Shown: in pieces, positions 46,615-55,830 of the stretch
Numbering within the stretch: the stretch's first letter is position 1
How the letters are laid out: every line of letters starts with the position of its first letter
Program-made: the position numbers and the translations under genes
Notes under the pieces: generated by a model
Database searches by the model: none
Told to the model about the DNA's origin: nothing
The model's input: only the letters and a program-made list of their open reading frames with translations
DNA from: a virus
Taxonomy: Duplodnaviria; Heunggongvirae; Uroviricota; Caudoviricetes
Length of the DNA stretch: 64,000 nt
Strand: one strand, 5' to 3'
Virus record (IMG/VR): IMGVR_UViG_3300041407_000207
Span: 52,090-116,089 of that record

Positions 46615-47196
46615 CTACTGAACTTTCCAGTTCTTAAGATTTTCGTAACTTAGGGGGTGAAGTTCCGATTTATAAAACTCCGCAAGTTCCTCCAAGTACG
46701 TTGATTTCATTTTTAAATACGATGCCCCGGCCTCGTCCTCATTTACGAAATACTGACAACGCCTCTTACCGTTACCTACTCTAATTTTTGCTATGAACCT
46801 CTTATCCCGGTTACACCAGTGAACCCCAACATATCTGGAATTTTTGCAAACGTCAGGGACTATTATTGAGCTGTTCACTATTGCCGGGACAAGATCGCAG
46901 GTTTCCGGCCCGTAAATTTTATTACCTGGATACTTTAAATCTTTATCAATTTGATATCCCTTTTTCCCATAGTTTTTGTGCTCGGTATACCACTTTGCAA
47001 AAACTTGGAAGTGATGCCAAGGCTCTACGACAGAACACCCAACATAAGTTGGTAGCTCTCGTTGATAGTTTTCGTCATAGCATCTGGATATCATATCAAA
47101 CCAAGTATTGTACTCCTTGGTATGCTTACCGTTTTCACAACTGGCGTAGAGGCCCCTCCCCAGGACCCCCACACCTTTAACAAGTTTTTCTCTCAC
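46615..47196 (-). CDS. HNH/AP2-domain homing-endonuclease-like protein, 193 aa
   Basis: C-terminal AP2-type DNA-binding segment YVGVHWCNRDKRFIAKIRVGNGKRRCQYFVNEDEAGASY. N-terminal NTWFDMISRCYDEN...YVGCSV box typical of HNH-AP2 endonucleases. Confidence 0.4.
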   Translation of the reverse strand: MREKLVKGVGVLGRGLYASCENGKHTKEYNTWFDMISRCYDENYQRELPTYVGCSVVEPWHHFQVFAKWYTEHKNYGKKGYQIDKDLKYPGNKIYGPETCDLVPAIVNSSIIVPDVCKNSRYVGVHWCNRDKRFIAKIRVGNGKRRCQYFVNEDEAGASYLKMKSTYLEELAEFYKSELHPLSYENLKNWKVQ

Positions 47197-48056
47197 TTTT
47201 TACCTACGTCAAGGAATGGTACCGCGCTACTAGGAATCATAGTGGTTGGCAGTACTCCATTCCATTTTTCTACGCGAGTAAGGTCTACCAGATTTTGGTT
47301 TTGAGCCAGAGCTTTGGCCTTGACTTCGATAGCATACGCGTCTGCTTCACCGCGCATGCGAGTAGCCGTAGCCTCCGCAGTTGCTTTTGCCACCGTTGCT
47401 TCCGCTTCCGCAGTAGCCCGGTTTACGTTCTGGAGGTTGGTCTCGCCTTGACGCAAGGTTTCGTTTTTCTGGGTAAGAATCTCGACATTCTTCTCCATCA
47501 TTTTGCGGATGTTGCCTTCATACGAATCATCGAAGTCAATATTCTCAACCTGTACAGAGTCAACGACCAGAGGTCCTACAAGAGACTCCCGAACAGATTT
47601 CTCGATGCTCGCACCGAATGCCACCCGCTTAACTACAGAATCCGCTGCGGTGTATTGACCGAAAACGTTTTCAACTTGGGTAGGAACCTGGCGTTCGATC
47701 AGACGACTTTGCAAGCCTTCCAAAGAAGAAAACTTGGAATAGACGTTGGCCACCTCGGCTTCCGGTACATGATACGAGACCGAGACTCGCAAAGTAGCCG
47801 TTTGCTGGTCTTTGGAATACGCAGTCACGCCCGTGAAAGCAATGCTTTGGTTTTGCGTAGAAATAAAGACTACGCTCTGAACGAAAGGCATCTTCACATG
47901 CAGGCCCGGCTCGGCGATGCCGGTAACTTTGCCGTTGGTAAGAATCACTCCACGCTCACGGTCATTGACCGTGTACATGCCGCTGAACACGGCAGAGGCG
48001 ATGATGACGGCGAGAATCGCCAGGAGAATGTTGCGGGTAGACATATGGTTAATCAC
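47193..48056 (-). CDS. SPFH/band-7 (HflC/HflK/prohibitin-like) membrane protein, 287 aa
   Basis: N-terminal transmembrane segment. RGVILTNGKVTGIAEPGLHVKMPFVQSVVFISTQ matches the band-7 core. C-terminal coiled coil. Confidence 0.65.
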   Translation of the reverse strand: MINHMSTRNILLAILAVIIASAVFSGMYTVNDRERGVILTNGKVTGIAEPGLHVKMPFVQSVVFISTQNQSIAFTGVTAYSKDQQTATLRVSVSYHVPEAEVANVYSKFSSLEGLQSRLIERQVPTQVENVFGQYTAADSVVKRVAFGASIEKSVRESLVGPLVVDSVQVENIDFDDSYEGNIRKMMEKNVEILTQKNETLRQGETNLQNVNRATAEAEATVAKATAEATATRMRGEADAYAIEVKAKALAQNQNLVDLTRVEKWNGVLPTTMIPSSAVPFLDVGKK

Positions 48057-48177
48057 TGTTGTTCTTCCTTTTTGGTTTTCGAGGTTTTTGCTTTGAAGTC
48101 ATCGTAGAAACCGGCTGCACCGCGAAGTACCAGTGCAATAACTACGAGTCCACCGATGATGCTGGTGAGAGTGCTCA
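48052..48177 (-). CDS. small single-transmembrane protein, 41 aa (below the ORF-table cut-off)
   Basis: MSTLTSIIGGLVVIALVLRGAAGFYDDFKAKTSKTKKEEQQ. Stop overlaps the SPFH gene start (GTGA). Confidence 0.35.
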
Positions 48178-48180
48178 TGT

Positions 48181-48516
48181 TTAATTTTCTCCGTCAAGTA
48201 CGTCGTCACCGAGAGTTACGATGACGCCTTCTAGGGATATAGAAACTTTCTGAATTCGTATATCTCCTGCAGAGGTCCCAGAATGCCACGATCCGTTCTG
48301 TATTACAAACTTAGGTTCTACACGTTTCCGCATAGCAAACTTAGGTTCTACACGTTTCCGCATAGCATATTCGTTATACCCTAATTTGCGTAGTTTCCAG
48401 GTACCATTTGTTATGTAGAATTCCGTCAGGCGGTCGTCTCGTATGAACAGAAGGTTATCAACCACCAGTTCAGGAAGCTTTCGAAGGAAAGCATTAAGGG
48501 ATACTGTAGCTACCAT
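48181..48516 (-). CDS. small protein family member A, 111 aa; contains an in-frame 30-bp tandem duplication
   Basis: AMRKRVEPKF x2 encoded by the perfect tandem repeat 48306-48365. Confidence 0.4.
   Translation of the reverse strand: MVATVSLNAFLRKLPELVVDNLLFIRDDRLTEFYITNGTWKLRKLGYNEYAMRKRVEPKFAMRKRVEPKFVIQNGSWHSGTSAGDIRIQKVSISLEGVIVTLGDDVLDGEN
48306..48365. repeat. perfect 30-bp x2 tandem direct repeat inside a coding sequence
   Basis: caaacttaggttctacacgtttccgcatag twice, in frame. Confidence 0.8.
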
Positions 48517-48802
48517 TCCGAGTACCTCTCCCGAGAAAAACTTTGATGTTCTTTTTGCCGAATTTCTCCATGGAAAGAATTTCTACATTGAACGTGTCCT
48601 TCTCCGCAGTCCAACCCATGCCGATGCCCTCTACTACGAATCGAAAAGGGTCCCGACTAGCCACATCTCGTCTGAGCTTCATCAACTCCCCCTTAGGGAA
48701 GTACTGGTCCCACAGTTCATGCCGGGTTTCTCGAATAAAGAATATCCGTTTGAAATCAAGATGCTCGGCCAGAGCTTCTCTTAGAAATCTATTAAGGTTC
48801 AT
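48494..48802 (-). CDS. small protein family member B, 102 aa
   Basis: N-terminal MNLNRFLREAL... parallels members A and C. Confidence 0.4.
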   Translation of the reverse strand: MNLNRFLREALAEHLDFKRIFFIRETRHELWDQYFPKGELMKLRRDVASRDPFRFVVEGIGMGWTAEKDTFNVEILSMEKFGKKNIKVFLGRGTRNGSYSIP

Positions 48803-49116
48803 CGAATTAGCCCCTCACCACTACATTTCCTCCCGAGCTTGACGAGGATTTTCTGGCCCCCTACCAATTTCTTACCAGAGATCCTTCTGAGGTCGATAAT
48901 TTCAGACGACCCTGACTGGAGACTCAATCCCCAGCGGTGGGTAGCCCCGTTTTCGTTTGTCATTACTAGCCCATCGAAGCTACCTTCTCGAGGGGCAATT
49001 GTAAGAAGACCGACACCCATATCGTAAGTGCCTCGACGGAATTCCACCAATAACGACGATAGAATCCCCGCTTTCTTCGCTCTCCTCAAAAATCCATTAA
49101 GGTCTATGACGTACAT
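48799..49116 (-). CDS. small protein family member C, 105 aa
   Basis: N-terminal ...LNGFLRRAKK. Overlapping start/stop with B. Confidence 0.4.
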   Translation of the reverse strand: MYVIDLNGFLRRAKKAGILSSLLVEFRRGTYDMGVGLLTIAPREGSFDGLVMTNENGATHRWGLSLQSGSSEIIDLRRISGKKLVGGQKILVKLGRKCSGEGLIR

Positions 49117-49124
49117 GATTCCTC

Positions 49125-49730
49125 CTACACCATAGTTTTGAGAATCTGAGCCACGTTCTCCGCATCGCTCAGAGCTCGGTGATGTTGGCCGATGAACTCA
49201 AGCTTCTTGTACTCGATGGCCTTGTTCAGACCGAAGCCGTTTTTCTTACCCAGGAGCTTGCTGAACCACACTTTCAGGTTGAAGTGATTGTGGGGCTCAA
49301 GGAGGGGGCTGAGTCCATGAAGAACGCCGTCCTGAATGAAAATGTTCTTGTCGAACGCACCCCAGGAACACCAGCAAAAATCATCACCGAAACGAGCAGT
49401 GAATGCTTTGAGCAAGGTCAACGCCCATACGTAGGTACGACCTTCGTCAACTTGCTCTTGAGTGATGTGAGTCAACTCTTTGCAGAAGGGAGTTAACGTG
49501 GTGTGAATCGTGGGTTTGATAAAGAACTCAACCCGTTCGATTACCTCCATAGTATCCCGGTCGAGAAGGACGCCACCGAACTCGATGACCTCCATCTCTT
49601 CTCTCGGGACCGAGGCATCGTTAGAACAGGTGGCTTCTACGTCTACACAGAAGATATACTTTTTGAGCAGACGATTGAACTGCACTTGTTTTTGAGCCAG
49701 ATCCATAGATACCTCAGAGCAATAAGCCAA
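49125..49730 (-). CDS. DEDDh 3'-5' exonuclease (DnaQ/RNase T-like), 201 aa
   Basis: Exo I FCVDVEATC (D-x-E). Exo III GQHHRALSDAENVAQIL (H-x4-D). Confidence 0.55.
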   Translation of the reverse strand: MAYCSEVSMDLAQKQVQFNRLLKKYIFCVDVEATCSNDASVPREEMEVIEFGGVLLDRDTMEVIERVEFFIKPTIHTTLTPFCKELTHITQEQVDEGRTYVWALTLLKAFTARFGDDFCWCSWGAFDKNIFIQDGVLHGLSPLLEPHNHFNLKVWFSKLLGKKNGFGLNKAIEYKKLEFIGQHHRALSDAENVAQILKTMV

Positions 49731-50313
49731 CTAACAAAATGATTTCTGCAACGCACCCACCTGCAAGAACGAAGAAGCTCGCTATGCAGAGGTTGTCGTC
49801 AGCTCTATTCCACGTAGAGTAGACTGGCTTGTCATGAGTCCAAGTCCACCACGCAAATTTTCGCTCTACCGGTTCCGAGCCAACTTTCCAAAGCACCTGA
49901 AGGATCCGCTTTGTAACTACGAACACCGCGTACATAGCCAGGAACTTCAGGATAGATACCCCGATTACTTTCCAGAGAATGACGCCGATAGTGATAAGGC
50001 CAGCTGGAGTTTTGATGAACTCGTTTACCGAGATGTTCAACTGCTTAGCCGCTGCGCCCATCGCGTTAGCAAAGCCTTCTGCTACCTGAGCCCAACCGGT
50101 GATTCGCTCCGGGGTGATCATTGGTGCATTTTTTTCAGTAGTTTTTTCCAAAGCTTCTTTGCGGATTTGATCGAGACGAAGAGTCTCACAATCGGCCTTG
50201 AGCTTTTGAACCACAGCGTCCGGAAGGCCAGAGTTACCGATTTCGCAAGTACCGTACGCGGCGAACGCACCTGAGCTGAACATCATTGCAACTACGAGAA
50301 AAATACGTTTCAT
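49714..50313 (-). CDS. secreted/membrane protein with signal peptide, 199 aa
   Basis: MKRIFLVVAMMFSSGAFA signal. Two further hydrophobic helices. Confidence 0.45.
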   Translation of the reverse strand: MKRIFLVVAMMFSSGAFAAYGTCEIGNSGLPDAVVQKLKADCETLRLDQIRKEALEKTTEKNAPMITPERITGWAQVAEGFANAMGAAAKQLNISVNEFIKTPAGLITIGVILWKVIGVSILKFLAMYAVFVVTKRILQVLWKVGSEPVERKFAWWTWTHDKPVYSTWNRADDNLCIASFFVLAGGCVAEIILLVGLLL

Positions 50314-50735
50314 TTGATTTCCTTAGTCAGAACTGGGATAGGCAATTCATTAAACCAATTTTCAACTGCCTGTTTGAATTCCTTGCAAGAAGAAGGGTCT
50401 TCCAAAGCCCCTGAGAGCCAGCCGCCAAGCTCATCTTCGGCAGGGGTCATTTTCTCTTCATACTTGCGGACGAACACTTTGTCTTGGACAAACCGCTCAA
50501 GCGTCTGAGACCAGTATTTGCCCTGAGCGTAGTAGCACACCGTTACTAGGTAGTCAGGTTTAGTTGCGTGCTCGTTGGTCAGAAGAATTGTGGTGTACTC
50601 CTGACCGTCTTCGTGCCGCCAGATCTGATCATCGGAAACCGAGGCCATTAACTTCTTTTTGGCATCGGCCTCCCGTTTCTCTTTCCGCTGACGTGGGCTC
50701 AGGGTGATCGTTACTACTTTCTTTGGCTGCTTCAT
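50310..50735 (-). CDS. hypothetical protein, 141 aa
   Basis: ORF. Confidence 0.4.
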   Translation of the reverse strand: MKQPKKVVTITLSPRQRKEKREADAKKKLMASVSDDQIWRHEDGQEYTTILLTNEHATKPDYLVTVCYYAQGKYWSQTLERFVQDKVFVRKYEEKMTPAEDELGGWLSGALEDPSSCKEFKQAVENWFNELPIPVLTKEIK

Positions 50736-51163
50736 CAGACCAACTCCTGTTGAACTTTAATTTCCGGACGGAGAGCGTCGAGACGTTTTTGAGAATCTTG
50801 GAGTTCTTTCTCCGCAATTCGGAACGCCTCTTTCCCTTCTTTTTCTAGGATGACCAAAACGTCGTCAAGAAGATCTGGCAATTTATCAGTTATAGCCGTT
50901 GCCAGAGCATTCAAAAACGAAGGGTCATTGAGATGAAAACTCCCAGAGCGCCCATCTGGAATCTGTGCTGAAAGAAGGAAGGTAAGTGGATACGGGCTTT
51001 TAGAAGCGTGAACTCCTGCAGTAGTATTCCTCATCTCCAACTTCCTATTGCTAGAGGAACCTAGCCGGACACCTTCCTTAGTTACCCCCTTAGCTTCCAG
51101 GAATTGCCAGCTAAGACGTTTATGAAGGTCCCGCAAATCCCTAGCTTTGTTGAGACTGTCCAT
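50735..51163 (-). CDS. hypothetical protein, 142 aa
   Basis: ORF. Confidence 0.4.
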   Translation of the reverse strand: MDSLNKARDLRDLHKRLSWQFLEAKGVTKEGVRLGSSSNRKLEMRNTTAGVHASKSPYPLTFLLSAQIPDGRSGSFHLNDPSFLNALATAITDKLPDLLDDVLVILEKEGKEAFRIAEKELQDSQKRLDALRPEIKVQQELV

Positions 51164-51365
51164 TGCACACCCCGCACAATTTATCGGTAAACTTCTTTAC
51201 TACTTCAGGAGTAGCGTCATAGGCTTTTGCCAGAAACAACGCCTTGGCGTCTTTGAACTGGGCCTCGGTAATAGGAGTGCCACGGTTCAAAAGGCCTTGG
51301 GCCATCAACATGATAAAACGTTCTTTACCATTAGGTTTATGAAAACTCATCAGGTCTACCCTCAC
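51141..51365 (-). CDS. hypothetical protein, 74 aa
   Basis: First gene after the promoter box at 51396-51403. Confidence 0.4.
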   Translation of the reverse strand: MRVDLMSFHKPNGKERFIMLMAQGLLNRGTPITEAQFKDAKALFLAKAYDATPEVVKKFTDKLCGVCNGQSQQS

Positions 51366-51395
51366 ACAATCTAATTAGAATCTTTCTCAATTTAC

Positions 51396-51403
51396 TTATA
51401 CCA
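51396..51403 (-). promoter_or_regulatory. extended -10 box TGGTATAAGTA (divergent from the plus-strand late element at 51410-51421)
   Basis: Motif family. Confidence 0.45.
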
Positions 51404-51409
51404 GGTTGT

Positions 51410-51421
51410 CAGAGTAAACTA
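51410..51421 (+). promoter_or_regulatory. candidate late-promoter element CAGAGTAAACTA
   Basis: Identical to 7871-7882. 22 nt before the ATG at 51444. Confidence 0.4.
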
Positions 51422-51443
51422 GGCAAATACGTCAAATTATTTA

Positions 51444-53663
51444 ATGAGGAACTTCTGCGTGTCCACACCAATTCTCCAAGACCCTACTTCTGAATTTCAG
51501 CCAGTAGAATTCTACACTGATAAGGACCCCTACTACTATGTCATAGATAACCGTCCGTTACGGAATCTAGACGCGAACATTGCCCAACTGGCAGGTAGTC
51601 TCGATGGCGTTAGTAGATCTGTACTTACAGAAGCAGTCGCAGCCTCGGCAGAAGATGCAGGTCTATACAAAGTAGGGACTAAGACCCTAGGCCTAGAAGC
51701 ATTCCAATACTCAGAAGGGGTGTTCTCCCTAACCCCAGGGGTCCTGTTTCAGTCCGCATCAATAAATTCCGGAGATTCTACCCAAGTACTCAAAAAGGCT
51801 TCGTACCCAGTCTCCACTGCTATCAGTGTCCCAAACACGGTAACTTCCGGGAAAGAACGTAATTACCTCATTCAGGTTCGACTGGTTGACGGTGGTGATG
51901 GTAACCCCTCGTTTTATGACGATGGTACAAATCCTACTACTGCACAAACTTTATTTAATGGCAAATTAGAGGTTGCCGCAGTAGCTGGCTCTGACGCGAA
52001 TATCGGCTCCGCTACCGTACCCGCTGTTACTTCTGGCTGGATTCCGATGTACGTTGTGAAGCGGACTTTCGGCGTAACCGACATGGCCATTTCATCTCAC
52101 GTAAACGCCCCTCCCCGAGCTACTTTGGCTAATGGCACTGCGGTAGAAGGGGTAGTCGTAGAAGCCACTGCCGCAAGGACTATCACGGACGCAGACGCAG
52201 GGTCCTTTATCACAACTACTAGTAGTTCTTCAGTAACTATTACTATCCCTGCTCAGGCCGTAACGCCTTGGGCTGATTCCACTGAAATATTTGTGGAACA
52301 ACTTGGCACCGGTCAAGTTACTTTCGTAGGTGCTAGTGGGGTTACTATCCGGGTTCCAGTAGGATCGGTGGCATCTTCCGCAGGACAATATTCAGTAATG
52401 AGGTTGAAACGTACGGGCCTAAACACTTGGACCGTATTCGGAGATATCGTCCGTGGTGTTCATAACGGTGAAAATTTAGTAACGAACTCCGCGTTCCTAA
52501 CCAGCGGGCTTCTGTACACGTTTTCCAGCGCTAACGGTACTTTGTCGTATGTAGATGCTACTGATGGATCGGTCCCAACTCCTTGCCCCGTAACTAGAGT
52601 TGCAGTTTCTACAAAACTTACCGCTGGAACTTTGGCATTCTCGCAATTTCCTTTGAAAAACGGGAGTACTACTATACGAGTGAGTCCTTCCGAAGTACTA
52701 GATCTTTCTATCTGGGCATGTGTTACTGGCGGAGCTGCTAACTCTGCACGAATGGTAGTGGTGGAGAGTACGCCAGACGGTACTTTTATAGCGAACACCC
52801 GAGTTCTTGCCTACAACAACACCGTTGGGGGCTGGCAGCAACTCTCCGGTTCTATTACTGTTTCCGCTACTACTGGGCTAATTTCTGTTGGTATGTGGAA
52901 CGAGTCTTCGATGCCGGCTGGTGGAGTTATTTATTACGGAGAGCCAGCGATTACCCGTCGAAACTCCTCTATCGCTATTCTTCAAACTACAAAAGCCCCG
53001 GTTGCTAACCCTAGATTTGTAACCGGTTCGGTATCTATCTCCGCCACTGCGGGTCAAGAGCCTCTGCCGGTACTGACTTCTGGGTACACTTCAGGACTTT
53101 CAGGATATAACACGGTAGGTCCTTCCGGCAGCCCGTTGACTCAATTTTGCGCACAAGGATATAGTTTTAGTACCGCAAACTTCGGGCCTGCGTTCATCGG
53201 AGCGAGATCACAAGGGACTTACGGCGCCCACGGGGCAGTCTCTGCAGGTAGATCTTGTTTGACTCTGATGGGGGAAGGTAGTGACGGCACTAACTATCAA
53301 CCAGTAGGTCGTATAGATTTCTATGCAGACGCAACTCCTACTTCGACAAGTTCACCCGGTAGCGTTCAGATTCTTACCACTCCAGTTGGTGCAGTACGAC
53401 CAGCTATTGCGGCCACGTTTGCTAGCAATGGTGCTTTAGCCGTAGTTGCAGGCGCTTCATTCGGTGGTTCGGTAGCTATTACTGGTGGGCTAACAGTAAC
53501 GGCCCCATCCCAACTAGGTCAGTTCACCTTGACCACCCTACCAAGTGCTTCAGCATTCAACGGATACATAATTGATGTGACAAACGCAACTGGCGGGGCT
53601 AAAGTATGTCGCTCTAACGGAACTGTTTGGCAAATCCTTAACACTACTACTACTGTGAGCTAA
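51444..53663 (+). CDS. Ser/Thr/Gly-rich tail fibre or tailspike-like protein, 739 aa
   Basis: Beta-rich low-complexity composition typical of fibres. Conserved-looking N-terminal 150 aa. Confidence 0.5.
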   Translation: MRNFCVSTPILQDPTSEFQPVEFYTDKDPYYYVIDNRPLRNLDANIAQLAGSLDGVSRSVLTEAVAASAEDAGLYKVGTKTLGLEAFQYSEGVFSLTPGVLFQSASINSGDSTQVLKKASYPVSTAISVPNTVTSGKERNYLIQVRLVDGGDGNPSFYDDGTNPTTAQTLFNGKLEVAAVAGSDANIGSATVPAVTSGWIPMYVVKRTFGVTDMAISSHVNAPPRATLANGTAVEGVVVEATAARTITDADAGSFITTTSSSSVTITIPAQAVTPWADSTEIFVEQLGTGQVTFVGASGVTIRVPVGSVASSAGQYSVMRLKRTGLNTWTVFGDIVRGVHNGENLVTNSAFLTSGLLYTFSSANGTLSYVDATDGSVPTPCPVTRVAVSTKLTAGTLAFSQFPLKNGSTTIRVSPSEVLDLSIWACVTGGAANSARMVVVESTPDGTFIANTRVLAYNNTVGGWQQLSGSITVSATTGLISVGMWNESSMPAGGVIYYGEPAITRRNSSIAILQTTKAPVANPRFVTGSVSISATAGQEPLPVLTSGYTSGLSGYNTVGPSGSPLTQFCAQGYSFSTANFGPAFIGARSQGTYGAHGAVSAGRSCLTLMGEGSDGTNYQPVGRIDFYADATPTSTSSPGSVQILTTPVGAVRPAIAATFASNGALAVVAGASFGGSVAITGGLTVTAPSQLGQFTLTTLPSASAFNGYIIDVTNATGGAKVCRSNGTVWQILNTTTTVS

Positions 53664-53665
53664 TA

Positions 53666-54028
53666 ATGGCACTTATCGAACGAAACAGAGATTATGAAAT
53701 TCTTATCCGGATTAGCGAAGATGGTTCCGTAGGTTCTCACTACGTTTCTATCACCGAAATCGTAAAGGACGGTGTGGTAATTAACGCCTCCCTATCTCAA
53801 CCAATTGCTTTGGGTGAAGTAGGTGGGACTACTCTGAATGACAAGCTCGGGGAAATATCTGCCAATACTTTGATTTCAAATGCTAGCCTAACCGCTCAGG
53901 TTGGAGTGCTTACTTCTCAAATCGATGATCTAGGAGATTTGCTTAAGAAATCAGAGAGCGACTTGGAAGAAGCAGAAAATGAAATTTCTAGGCTACAAGG
54001 ATTATTGAACGAATCTCTAGAAAACTAA
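53666..54028 (+). CDS. small coiled-coil protein, 120 aa (possible fibre chaperone)
   Basis: TAATAATG coupling. Confidence 0.4.
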   Translation: MALIERNRDYEILIRISEDGSVGSHYVSITEIVKDGVVINASLSQPIALGEVGGTTLNDKLGEISANTLISNASLTAQVGVLTSQIDDLGDLLKKSESDLEEAENEISRLQGLLNESLEN

Positions 54029-54029
54029 A

Positions 54030-54062
54030 AGAAAAGCCCCGAATTAACGGGGCTTTTTTATT
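54030..54062. terminator. bidirectional rho-independent terminator
   Basis: aaaagaaaAGCCCCG-aattaa-CGGGGCTtttttatt. Confidence 0.65.
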
Positions 54063-54070
54063 ACTCTAAC

Positions 54071-55819
54071 TCACGCCGCCATAGGAAGAGATTCCGTCAG
54101 GTTTGTACGCAGCGATGTCATCGTCGCTTCCGAGAGGACTTGACTGTTACGCAGCACACAGTTCAAATCCCCGTTGTAGCCGACCGGCTTACCTTCGACG
54201 AGTTCATACTCGTTGTCTTGATCGAGTTCAAGAGACAACCAGCCTTTCGCAGACTTTTTGCCAGGGTCGGTCTTCGGCGCTTTGTAGACGTCGATCTTCA
54301 TGTTGCCTACTTCGCCATAGGTGAGCTTCATTGCGAAGCCCAACGAATCTCGAGTCAGGTACTGGAGACTGTAGCTGCCTACGCCTACCACGATGTTTTC
54401 CGCAGAGAAGCCCATTTCCATCAAACGTTGCAGAATTGCTTCGAAACGCTGGATGGTGATGGAGTCGCCGTAGATCATGCGGATGTGTGGGTCCAGGACT
54501 TTGAAACCCTTGGAGTTCACAGTGCCGCCGAATACGTTCCACAGATGTTGGACAGTACCGGTCTCTTCTACCGTGGGAGTGGTAGGTTCGAACTGAGTTA
54601 CTGTTTTGCCGTCCATGTAGTAGAACTGTCTGTCTTTGCGGTTCCATTCGATGGAGACGGTGTAGCGATACACTTGACCTTTCCAACGAGCCAGGCCAGA
54701 AACTTCGCTTTCGCCATGCTGGCCGTGTTCAGTTTCGTCTTGGACTTTTTCAGTAACGTAGTCCAGTACCCAACCGCTAGCGTGTTTCTCAGTCTCGGCT
54801 TCATCTCCGATTTCAAAGATTTCAGCGGTTCCGCAGATCACTTCGATAGGGACGCCAGTATCCGGACGAACTACGAATGGGCCCCCTTCACGAGCCATGA
54901 TCTTGTCTTTGAGACGAGGCAGGGCGTATTCCAGCATGCCGTAATAGTCGTAGCTGTCCATAACGAAGCTGATGGGGCCGACGTTGTCCAGGTAGTCAGA
55001 TAGGAAGGCAATTTCTGCTTCCAGCAGTGAACAGCCACGAACAGCTGCGATCATCTGAATGTTGAGGGTGGTTAGAGAGTGCTCGGTGGCCATGATCGAA
55101 CCGAAGTCCGCCTTGGTTGCACCGTACTCATGCATTGCAGCCAAGCAGCCAGGGATGTTATCCGAACCACTGAACGCAGCCAGGAAAGGAGCACCAGTTT
55201 TGTAGCCAGCAGTCATCCCGGTAAGTCCCCGGAGACTGAAGTCGTGACACTGGTACTTAACGTAGCCATTGTCGTCTGCAGTCAGTGCTGCGTACTTCTC
55301 AGCAACGATGCGGTATTCACGAGCAGCAGTGGCTACGGTACTTGGATACCACAGCTCGTTACTGAAGTGATCCTCCATGTAGCTTGCAAGCCACGCAAAG
55401 TCGTCATGCGTGTTGGTCACCAGCATGATCGGGGTGTTTGCTTTTACTACTCGGCCTTCTTCTACTGCATGGACTTCGATAGGCAAATAGCCAAGAGCGT
55501 GCAGATCCGAAAGACGAGTGAGGTCTGCGTTCGGAATGGTCGCCTCGATCAATGGCCGAATCACTTCTTCAACTTCGTCCCACGAGTCTTCGAAGAACAA
55601 GTTCCAAGCATGGTTGATAGCGCACATCCCCTGGAGAATGCCCGCTGCGACGATCTTACCGTCGTACATCGAGCTGCCTTGGAAGTGCTTGGTATTTCGA
55701 GGAGTAAAGTTACCTTGACCCTTCGTGTAGCCTTTTGGGTACAGACCTGGGTGACAGAACTTGTAAGCGTCACAGAGGATGGCTGCGTACAGTTTTGCTG
55801 GGGGGGTACTCATTCGCAT
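54071..55819 (-). CDS. nicotinamide phosphoribosyltransferase-family enzyme (Nampt/NadV or the NARP1 Namat variant), 582 aa
   Basis: MDSYDYYG and VVRPDTGVP match Nampt VSDSYDIY and IIRPDSGNP. IRMIYGDSITIQRF...VGVGSYSLQYLTRD matches LRVIQGDGVD...FGSGGALLQKLTRD. C-terminal KAPKTDPGKKSAKGWLSL matches KDPVADPNKRSKKGRLSL. Confidence 0.85.
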   Translation of the reverse strand: MRMSTPPAKLYAAILCDAYKFCHPGLYPKGYTKGQGNFTPRNTKHFQGSSMYDGKIVAAGILQGMCAINHAWNLFFEDSWDEVEEVIRPLIEATIPNADLTRLSDLHALGYLPIEVHAVEEGRVVKANTPIMLVTNTHDDFAWLASYMEDHFSNELWYPSTVATAAREYRIVAEKYAALTADDNGYVKYQCHDFSLRGLTGMTAGYKTGAPFLAAFSGSDNIPGCLAAMHEYGATKADFGSIMATEHSLTTLNIQMIAAVRGCSLLEAEIAFLSDYLDNVGPISFVMDSYDYYGMLEYALPRLKDKIMAREGGPFVVRPDTGVPIEVICGTAEIFEIGDEAETEKHASGWVLDYVTEKVQDETEHGQHGESEVSGLARWKGQVYRYTVSIEWNRKDRQFYYMDGKTVTQFEPTTPTVEETGTVQHLWNVFGGTVNSKGFKVLDPHIRMIYGDSITIQRFEAILQRLMEMGFSAENIVVGVGSYSLQYLTRDSLGFAMKLTYGEVGNMKIDVYKAPKTDPGKKSAKGWLSLELDQDNEYELVEGKPVGYNGDLNCVLRNSQVLSEATMTSLRTNLTESLPMAA

Positions 55820-55830
55820 TGGGCTACTCC

